DNA of 64,000 bases, taken from positions 1 to 64,000 of the forward strand of contig NIVC01001182.1 in assembly GCA_002269645.1 (NCBI GenBank), written 5' to 3'. The DNA comes from Macrostomum lignano. Lineage: Eukaryota. Positions within the stretch are counted from its first letter, which is position 1; each line of letters opens with the position of its first letter. This document shows, piece after piece, positions 18,001 through 27,764 of the stretch. Made by a program: the position numbers and the translations under genes. Under the pieces are notes generated by a model. The model was not told where the DNA came from and did no database searches. It saw only the letters and a list, made by a program, of their open reading frames with translations.

Positions 18001-21000
18001 AGACAAACAGACACATCAGACACACGGAGACAAACAGACACATCAGACACACGGAGACAAACAGACACATCAGACACACGGAGACAAACAGAGACAACGA
18101 GACACACGGAGACAAACAGACACATCAGACACACGAAGACAAACATACACACCGAGACACACGAAGACAAACAGAGACAACGAGACACACGAAGACAAAC
18201 AGACATATCAGACACACGGAGACAAACAGACACATCAGACACACGGAGACAAACAGACACATCAGACACACGGAGACAAACAGACACACCGAGACACACG
18301 GAGACAAACAGACACATCATACACACGAAGACAAACAGAGACAACGAGACACATGAAAACAAACAGAGACAACGAGACACACGAAGACAAACAGACACAT
18401 CAGACACACGGAGACAAACAGACACATCAGACACACGGAGACAAACAGACACATCAGACACACGGAGACAAACAGACACATCAGACACACGGAGACAAAC
18501 AGACACATCAGACACACGGAGACAAACATACACACCGAGACACACGAAGACAAACAGACACATCAGACACACGGAGACAAACATACACACCGAGACACAC
18601 GAAGACAAACAGAGACAACGAGACACACGAAGACAAACAGACACATCAGACACACGGAGACAAACAGAAACATCAGGCACACGAAGACAAACATACACAC
18701 CGAGACACACGAACACAAACAGAGACAACGAGACACACGAAGACAAACAGACACATCAGACACACGGAGACAAACATACGCACCGAGACACACGAAGACA
18801 AACAGACACATCAGACACACGGAGACAAACATACACATCAGGCACACGAAGACAAACATACACACCGAGACACACGAAGACAAACAGAGACAACGAGACA
18901 CACGAAGACAAACATACACATCAGACACACGGAGACAAACAGACACATCAGGCACACGGAGACAAACATACACACCGAGACACACGAAAACAAACAGAGA
19001 CAACGAGACACACGAAGACAAACAGACACATCAGACACACGGAGACAAACATACACACCGAGACACACGAAGACAAACAGACACATCAGACACACGGAGA
19101 CAAACATACACACCGAGACACACGAAGACAAACAGAGACAACGAGACACACGAAGACAAACAGACACATCAGACACACGGAGACAAACATACCACCGAGA
19201 CACACGAAGACAAACAGAGACAACGAGACACACGAAGACAAACAGACACATCAGACACACGGAGACAAACATACACACCGAGACACACGAACACAAACAG
19301 AGACAACGAGACACACGGAGACAAACAGACACATCAGACACACGGAGACAAACATACACACCGAGACACACGGAGGCAAACAGACACATCAGGCACACGA
19401 AGACAAACATACACACCGAGACACACGAAGACAAACAGAGACAACGAGACACACGAAGACAAACAGAAACAACGAGACACACGAAGACAAACAGACATAT
19501 CAGACACACGGAGACAAGCAGACACATCAGACACATGGAGACAAACATACACATCAGACACACGGAGACAAACAGACAGATCAGACCTACGGAGAAAAAC
19601 AGACACATCAGACACACGGAGATAAACAGACAGATCAGACACACGGAGACAAACAGACAGATCAGACACACGGAGACAAACAGACATATCAGACACACGG
19701 AGACAAACAGACACACCGAGACACACGGAGGCAAACAGACACATCAGGCACACGAAGACAAACATACACACCGAGACACACGAAGACAAACAGAGACAAC
19801 GAGACACACGGAGACAAACAGACACATCAGACACACGAAGACAAACATACACACCGAGACACACGAAGACAAACAGAGACAACGAGACACACGAAGACAA
19901 ACAGACATATCAGACACACGGAGACAAACAGACACATCAGACACACGGAGACAAACAGACACATCAGACACACGGAGACAAACAGACACACCGAGACACA
20001 CGGAGACAAACAGACACATCATACACACGAAGACAAACAGAGACAACGAGACACACGAAAACAAACAGAGACAACGAGACACACGAAGACAAACAGACAC
20101 ATCAGACACACGGAGACAAACAGACAGATCAGACACACGGAGACAAACAGACACATCAGACACACGGAGACAAACAGACACATCAGACACACGGAGACAA
20201 ACAGACACATCAGACACACGGAGACAAACATACACACCGAGACACACGAAGACAAACAGACACATCAGACACACGGAGACAAACATACACACCGAGACAC
20301 ACGAAGACAAACAGAGACAACGAGACACACGAAGACAAACAGACACATCAGACACACGGAGACAAACAGAAACATCAGGCACACGAAGACAAACATACAC
20401 ACCGAGACACACGAACACAAACAGAGACAACGAGACACACGAAGACAAACAGACACATCAGACACACGGAGACAAACATACGCACCGAGACACACGAAGA
20501 CAAACAGACACATCAGACACACGGAGACAAACATACACATCAGGCACACGAAGACAAACATACACACCGAGACACACGAAGACAAACAGAGACAACGAGA
20601 CACACGAAGACAAACATACACATCAGACACACGGAGACAAACAGACACATCAGGCACACGGAGACAAACATACACACCGAGACACACGAAAACAAACAGA
20701 GACAACGAGACACACGAAGACAAACAGACACATCAGACACACGGAGACAAACATACACACCGAGACACACGAAGACAAACAGACACATCAGACACACGGA
20801 GACAAACATACACACCGAGACACACGAAGACAAACAGAGACAACGAGACACACGAAGACAAACAGACACATCAGACACACGGAGACAAACATACCCACCG
20901 AGACACACGAAGACAAACAGAGACAACGAGACACACGAAGACAAACAGACACATCAGACACACGGAGACAAACATACACACCGAGACACACGAACACAAA

Positions 21001-21502
21001 CAGAGACAACGAGACACACGAAGACAAACAGACACATCAGACACACGAAGACAAACATACACACCGAGACACACGAAGACAAACAGAGACAACGAGACAC
21101 ACGAAGACAAACAGACATATCAGACACACGGAGACAAGCAGACACATCAGACACACGGAGACAAACAGACACATCAGACACACGAAGACAAACAGACACA
21201 TCAGACACACGGAGACAAACATACACACCGAGACACACGAAGACAAACAGAGACAACGAGACACACGAAGACAAACAGACACATCAGACACACGGAGACA
21301 AACATACCCACCGAGACACACGAAGACAAACAGAGACAACGAGACACACGAAGACAAACAGACACATCAGACACACGAAGACAAACATACACACCGAGAC
21401 ACACGAAGACAAACAGAGACAACGAGACACACGAAGACAAACAGACATATCAGACACACGGAGACAAGCAGACACATCAGACACACGGAGACAAACATAC
21501 AC
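1..21502. repeat. Large satellite/minisatellite array of interspersed 27-bp (GACACACGGAGACAAACAGACACATCA) and 28-bp (GACACACGAAGACAAACAGAGACAACGA / ...CATACACACCGA) units; runs off the left edge
   Basis: Unit periods read directly (e.g. ATC at 254 and 281). Top strand is almost T-free. Identical ORF translations recur at offsets of 1702 bp (18125/19827, 18317/20019, 18563/20265) and about 2526 bp (15160/17686, 15050/17576), showing higher-order duplication. Confidence 0.98.
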
Positions 21503-22639
21503 TGTAGAGATCTCCAAGCATAGTAGCCTACTAAAAGTAGCAAGATAAAAACATGAATACCATTTAAAACTAACATGCGTCATACTCTATTTTCAGTAAT
21601 GCATGCAATCTCACGTAAACAGCGAGTGATTGTTACATAGTCCATAAAACCGGTTTTCAACCTAAATTTCCAAATATGTTAAAGGTCAAGTTAAATGCGA
21701 TCTAGGCTTCACCCCTTTCCTATGTAAAACCCCACCGGTCAAGAGACAAAGTCCATCTTTTGATTCTTATCAATAAAACCAGTTTGAAGCTCAAGGTCGA
21801 ATGAAATCGTGTATAAATACAAGCAAAAATCCGAGCTGAAACCTCAGACTCGGAGCAGCCTTAAGAGATCTTAGGCTTAGCCAGAGTTACTAAGCAAGGC
21901 TATATCTCTGAGAGAGACAAACACCAATTGGTAAGCCTTTGTTCGAGTCTTTGTTATTTGAAGTCTTTGTTGTTCGATTATTGAGAGCTGTGTCATTGCC
22001 GGCCGTTACTGATAAGTCGATTTATTGAGTTATTGAATTTGAGGCCTCCCTATTCCTAAGGGATTGGATAGGATCTGCGGACCGATTCCGATACTCTTAG
22101 TTGATTACTGACTGATTGATTTTGGTACCCTAGAGTAACCGATAGGAGCAAACGACTCCGATTCCGTTATTTCTAGAAGAAGACGCCCTTTTGGAGGACC
22201 TCGTTATTGTTATAGAGTTGACTTTGTTATTAGGGCGCATCTCTGCACTCGAGGAATATATTGATTTCTGCACTCGAGGAATATATTGATTTCTGCACTC
22301 GAGGAATATATCGATTTCTGCACTCGAGGAATATATCGATTTCTGCACTCGAGGAATATACTGACGTCGACGGACTAAGTTATTAAGCTCTCATATTCGG
22401 CCGATTCTATAATTCAAGAAGACTACTCCGGAGGAAGAATATTTGAAGAGACGAGCTCGGAGAACCTGCCCGACAAAGAAGAGGAGCCCGCATCAGTAAG
22501 TGAACACTGAACTTTGTTCCCAGGCTTGAGGTCTGGAAGTGGGAGTTCGTGCGTTTAGACACTAGATTAATTTCTCTCTCTCTTCTCTTTCTCTCTCTCT
22601 CTTTCCCTCTCTCTCTAGTGTGCTAAAGCGAACTCTTCA
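21503..22639. mobile_element. Solo-LTR-like insertion (1137 bp) into the satellite
   Basis: Starts TGTAGAG and ends CTCTTCA (TG...CA; 6/7 inverted match). Flanked by 4-bp direct repeat ACAC (21499-21502, 22640-22643); removing it restores the satellite motif ACAAACATACACATCAGAC. Contains AATAAA (21772), TATAAATA (21812) and a 25-bp x5 internal repeat (22243-22360). No coding domain. Confidence 0.75.
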
Positions 22640-23261
22640 ACACATCAGACACATGGAGACAAACAGACACACCGAGACACACGGAGACAAACAGAGACAA
22701 CGAGACACACGAAGACAAACAGACACATCAGACACACGAAGACAAACAGACACACCGAGACACACGGAGACAAACAGACACATCAGACACACGGAGACAA
22801 ACAGACACACCGAGACACACGAAGACAAACAGACACATCAGACACACGAAGACAAACATACACACCGAGACACACGAAGACAAACAGACACATCAGACAC
22901 ACGAAGACAAACATACACACCGAGACACACGAAGTCAAACAGAGACAACGAGACACACGAAGACAAACAGACAGATCAGACACACGGAGACAAACAGACA
23001 CATCAGACACACGGAGACAAACAGACACACCGAGACACACGAAGACAAACATACACACCGAGACACACGAAGTCAAACAGAGACAACGAGACACACGAAG
23101 ACAAACAGACAGATCAGACACACGGAGACAAACAGACACATCAGACACACGGAGACAAACAGACACACCGAGACACACGAAGACAAACATACACACCGAG
23201 ACACACGAAGTCAAACAGAGACAACGAGACATACGAAGACAAACAGACACACCGAGACACA
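22640..23261. repeat. Right-hand remnant of the 27/28-bp satellite with a 138-bp higher-order unit
   Basis: Same units as 1-21502; variant GAAGTCAAAC at 22931, 23069, 23207 (period 138 = 3x28 + 2x27). Confidence 0.95.
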
Positions 23262-23328
23262 CTAAGATACAATTACACACACCAAGTCACACTGAATAAA
23301 ATATCTAAAACAATGCCCTAATTTTTAG

Positions 23329-23589
23329 GACGAGCGGAACAATTCATTGTCCCAAAAAACCTGTCGGCCAAAATGTCTTCAACAATTGACGCTAAAAATT
23401 TGCCAATCTTTGGAAACGATGGCAATCGCGATGGCGTGATAAAATATGAAGAAAGATGCGTTGAATCGTCTAATAGTGATCGGGGACCCTGGTGGCTGGT
23501 TGACATGAAGGACGAATTTATGGTTGTCGGTGCCAGAGTCTGGAATCGAATCGACTACGGTTCGGAGAAGTTTACTCAAGTGAGCATAG
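23329..23589 (+). CDS. F-type lectin gene exon, N-terminal half of the lectin domain
   Basis: Acceptor TTTTTAG| at 23328, donor AG|GTGAGA at 23590; encodes SST..DGN..C..PWWLVD..NRID. Confidence 0.85.
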
Positions 23590-25724
23590 GTGAGATTGGT
23601 GTAATCAACTGAATGTGAAGCACACTGGTCATATTGAATCACCCTGGTCATATTGAATCACCCTGGTCACACTGAATCACCCTGGTCACACTGAATCACC
23701 CTGGTCACACTGAATCACCCTGGTCACACTGAATCACCCTGGTCACACTGAATCACCCTGGTCACACTGAATCTTCCTGGTCACACTGAATCACCCTGGT
23801 CACACTGAATCACCCTGGTCACACTGAATCACTCTGGTCACACTGAATCACCCTGGTCACACTGAATCACCCTGGTCACACTGAATCACCCTGGTCACAC
23901 TGAATCACCCTGGTCACACTGAATCACCCTGGTCACACTGAATCACCCTGGTCACACTGAATCACCCTGGTCACACTGAATCACCCTGGTCACACTGAAT
24001 CACCCTGGTCACACTGAATCACCCTGGTCACACTGAATCACTCTGGTCACACTGAATCACTCTGGTCACACTGAATCACCCTGGTCACACTGAATCACCC
24101 TGGTCACACTGAATCACCCTGGTCACACTGAATCACCCTGGTCACACTGAATCACCCTGGTCACACTGAATCACTCTGGTCACACTAAATCAGCTTGGTC
24201 ACACTGAATCACTGTTGGGCTTGGGCGGGGCTTCGCACTGTTTGCTCTTTGATTGCTTATTCCACTGGTGCTTGTACTTTTGTTCTGTCTGAGTGTACGC
24301 GTCAAATTATTATTGTCATCGTGCTCTGATGTGCAGTGCAGTGTGTTTTAGTCCTAGGTTGGGGGGTTGTCGCGGGCTTGTGCTTTATCGTTGATAATAA
24401 ATAGTTTCGCACTGAGCATTGGCTCAGAACTCTCGTGATTCTCGTTTCATAATCACCCTAGTCACACTGAATCACCCTGGTCACATTGAATCACCCTGGT
24501 CACATTGAATCACCCTGGTCACATTGAATCACCCTGGTCACACTGAATCACCCTGGTCACGCTGAATCACCCTGGTCACACTGAATCACCCTGGTCACGC
24601 TGAATAACACTGGTCACACTGGATAACACTGGTCACACTGGATAACACTGGTCACAATGGATAACACTGGTCACACTGGATAACACTGGTCACACTGGAT
24701 AACACTGGTCACACTGGATAACACTGGTCACACTGGATAACACTGGTCACACTGGATAACACTGGTCACACTGGATAACACTGGTCACACTGGATAACAC
24801 TGGTCACACTGGATAACACTGGTCACAATGGATAACACTGGTCACACTGGATAACACTGGTCACACTGGATAACACTGGTCACACTGGATAACACTGGTC
24901 ACACTGGATAACACTGGTCACACTGGATAACACTGGTCACACTGTATAACACTGGTCACACTGGATAACACTGGTCACACTGGATAACACTGGTCACACT
25001 GGATAACACTGGTCACACTGGATAACACTGGTCACATTGGATAACACTGGTCACACTGGATAACACTGATCACACTGATTACCCAGTCGAATTCTGAATT
25101 AACATTTATTTCTCTGACTAAAGTTGAATAAATTTTGCAGGAATATCGAAAAACGCTTCTGTGTGGTCCGAATTTGATATCGGCTTTTTTCAACTCTGCA
25201 TGCGCTGGACTGGCGAGCCTAAGTCCACTGACAACCCGATCAACTTCACCTGCTCGAGGATCACGCCCGGCCGGTTTCTGGCTGTGCACAAGAATACCAA
25301 CGATTTGTCTTCAGGACTTTGGTCGCTGCATTTCTGCGAAATCGACATCATAGGAGGTACATGCATGCTATCGAGTATCTGCAACTTCCAAATGTATTGA
25401 ATACATTCGATAACGTAAACTCTCTCTTCTGCAGTGACTCAAGACCGTACGGATTTTTCTTCCCCGGCTCGATCTGTCATGACGCTCTCGCTGCCAAGCC
25501 CATCTGCTTCGACTTTGGCTAATCAGCCTTTGTCGGTCGGCTCCGATATTGAATGTGGTCATCTGTGCCTGAGCCAGCGCACCTGTCGATCTGTGCTGTA
25601 CTCAAAGTTGCTGCCGAATGGAAACTGTTGGCTTTTTCAGTCCGATAGCATTCCGGAGAGCTTGTTTGGCGGCGTCATGAACCAGGATGGCGCTAGGTTT
25701 TGGAAGCTTGTCAAGCTTGGCTGA
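23329..25724 (+). CDS. F-type lectin (fucolectin/FTP) domain + C-terminal PAN/apple domain protein, 5'-partial; exons 23329-23589, 25141-25356, 25435-25724
   Basis: Spliced translation ...NLSAKMSST..NDGNRDG..C..PWWLVDM..RVWNRIDYGSEK..VSIG/ISKN..C..FTC..GRFL..LHFCEIDIIG matches the F-type lectin pattern. Last exon has C-x3-C-x5-C..Y..C-W-L (PAN/apple pattern). All junctions are AG/GT with matching phase 1; AATAAA at 25875. Confidence 0.85.
23612..24212. repeat. Intronic 19-bp tandem repeat GGTCACACTGAATCACCCT
   Basis: About 30 near-perfect copies read directly. Confidence 0.97.
24213..24451. mobile_element. Short LTR-like insertion (239 bp) in the 19-bp array
   Basis: Unique sequence starting TGTTGGG and ending TTTCATA; 5-bp direct repeat ATCAC on both sides (24208-24212, 24452-24456); AATAAA at 24396. 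The right end is TA rather than canonical CA. Confidence 0.55.
24452..25078. repeat. Continuation of the 19-bp array, switching to variant GGTCACACTGGATAACACT at about 24600
   Basis: Read directly; intermediate unit TGAATAACAC at 24601. Confidence 0.97.
25141..25356 (+). CDS. F-type lectin gene exon, C-terminal half of the lectin domain
   Basis: TTTTGCAG| acceptor, GAG|GTACAT donor; encodes C..FTC..GRFLAV..LHFCEIDIIG. Confidence 0.85.
25435..25724 (+). CDS. F-type lectin gene last exon, PAN/apple domain
   Basis: CTCTTCTGCAG| acceptor; CGHLCLSQRTCRSVLY..NCWL; TGA at 25722-25724. Confidence 0.8.
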
Positions 25725-26600
25725 TTTTCTGTCACTGGCTAAAGAGTTCAATAGTGAAAGATGACTGAATTACATCTCTCTACAGTTTATACACACGGTT
25801 AACATGTAAGGTTCCATCTCAAAATCAGAAACCAGAATCAGAATGTGAAACCACAAAGAATAAATTTTGATCTCAATAAAAAACTATTTAAGACATTCAT
25901 TCAAGTCGAGATTCGAGACCGATACTATCATGAAGTAAAATAAGACATTTTTACTTGAGTTTTAAGCATACGGCACCAAGTTTAATCTTGTTCAAGTTAT
26001 TGTCACTTGCTTTTATTGATAAAGGACGCCCTACCTACTTGTTGTTTTTCAGCTCAATTTCATATAGCTAGATTTTACTATGAGCTAAGATCGAAGTGGA
26101 TGTTTTATGAAACACTAAGTATATGAAATGCGAAAAAGTACACAATGCAACACACATTTATTAGAAATTATTGGAAATGATAAGCGACGCAAAGAGCCTC
26201 ACTGGCTGCTAGGTTGTTGGTTGGCTAGGGGCGGCTGCTGGTTACGAGACGTAAGGGGGGGTTGTAAAATCAGTTGTCTGGGCAGGGGTTGGTATGACTC
26301 ATCAGTGTACAGTAGAACACGTACTTTCGGGGCCGCACTACCTTGGATCAAAAGCCTTTGAATTGATTTATTGAAACTATCTGATAGGTATATTGGCATC
26401 AATTTCAACTTACTGCGCACTGATTGGCTTACGGGGTGATAAGCTTTCGCTATGTACAAGTTGCTTTGTCAACACAGCGATAAAGTTTGAATCAGTTTGG
26501 AGTCGGTAGCTGAAACAAACCAAAACCAAATCTTGAAAAACGTTTCACACTTACAATTGTTGGCTAAAAACATCAATACAATTAAGACAGAGAGAACATT

Positions 26601-27764
26601 ATGCGTCTGTGGCTTCTCTGTCTGGCCGTTGGTCTCCTAGTTCCCGCCAGTGCCGTGGACACGTCCGGCCCTGTTGTTTACGACGAAACCGCGGCAAAGT
26701 ACATGCCGCTGGAGAAGTGGCTTCACGACGTCGATAGCAAAGCCTGCTCGTCTAACGCTCGCGCCGACTTGCTATTCGCCATCGATGGCTCGGAATCTGT
26801 CAGCCTAAACGACTTCCACCTGGTTGTTAAGAGCGTCGTATTTGACACTATAAGTCGACTGGAAATTGGCGAAAATTTCATTCAAGTTGGTGTGCTAGTG
26901 TTCAGCTCTCATGTGACCCAGACCATACCCATTGGCAAGTATTCCAGCAAGCTGGACCTCCTCGGGGCCGTCTCTCGCCTCACGTACGATGGTGGCTACA
27001 CGGCTATCGACGCCGCTGTTGAGGGCTGCATCGCGGAGCTGAGCCGAAGACAAGCCGATCTGGCTGTGTCGGGAAACGAAACGGCCTCAGCGGAAACGCG
27101 CAAACGCATAGTCATCTTCTTGACGGACGGGATGCACTCGGGTAGCTTTGGCGTGTACTTGCTCGACCTTCTGGCTCAGTTGCACCGTCGAGTGACAGCT
27201 GCGATTGCGCTGGGCTTGCAAAAATCGAACGACAATGTGCTGCAGAAAATAGCAAGCGACGCTGGGCTGGTGTTTGACCCAACTGCCTATCCGGACTATC
27301 AGTCAACGCTATACAGCCTTCTCAACATGCGCTGCACAGCCGCCTGTTACAACTACGAACAGCAAGAGGCTGGTGCGAACAAAGTGATCGCTACCCTAGT
27401 GCAGTACGTCAACTACTTGATTGGCAACTTCGCCTCCTATCACAAACAGGAGAGTTCGCTGTTAGACTACGCCCGAAGTGTCAAGCAATCTGTAGCTGGC
27501 CTGGAAGCTGACATTGAACAGACCTGCAACGCGAAGGACAATGGTCTGCTGCGACGCATCGTCACTCTGAGGGACAGCATCCGTACTGAAACGAACGGCA
27601 GCGGCTTCGCTGGAGCGAGCATCGAAGCCTACGCCGGGGAGATGATGACCAGACTGGCGAAGCTCCAGAGAGAGACGTTCGATCAGAGCCAGTCGCTGGC
27701 TACGGAGAAGACTAAACTGGCTGGGCTAGGCGTGGAGGAGGAACGCTTGAAGGCCGACTTCCAG
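26601..27764 (+). CDS. vWA gene exon 1 (signal peptide, vWA domain, start of coiled coil)
   Basis: ORF 26601; DGSES at 26784; donor CAG|GTGCGA. Confidence 0.9.

Noticed and set aside
76-21523. Very long ORFs (849, 1499, 1010, 1893, 1056 aa) and dozens of V/C/L/S-rich reverse ORFs
   Set aside because: They arise because the satellite top strand nearly lacks T, so stops are rare. Several frames are open at once, and the 27/28-bp mix shifts frame freely, which a coding repeat would not tolerate.
23612-25078. CRISPR-like look of regular short repeats (also 36555-38757 and 55835-56660)
   Set aside because: Units are contiguous with no unique spacers, there are no cas genes, and the context is spliceosomal introns.
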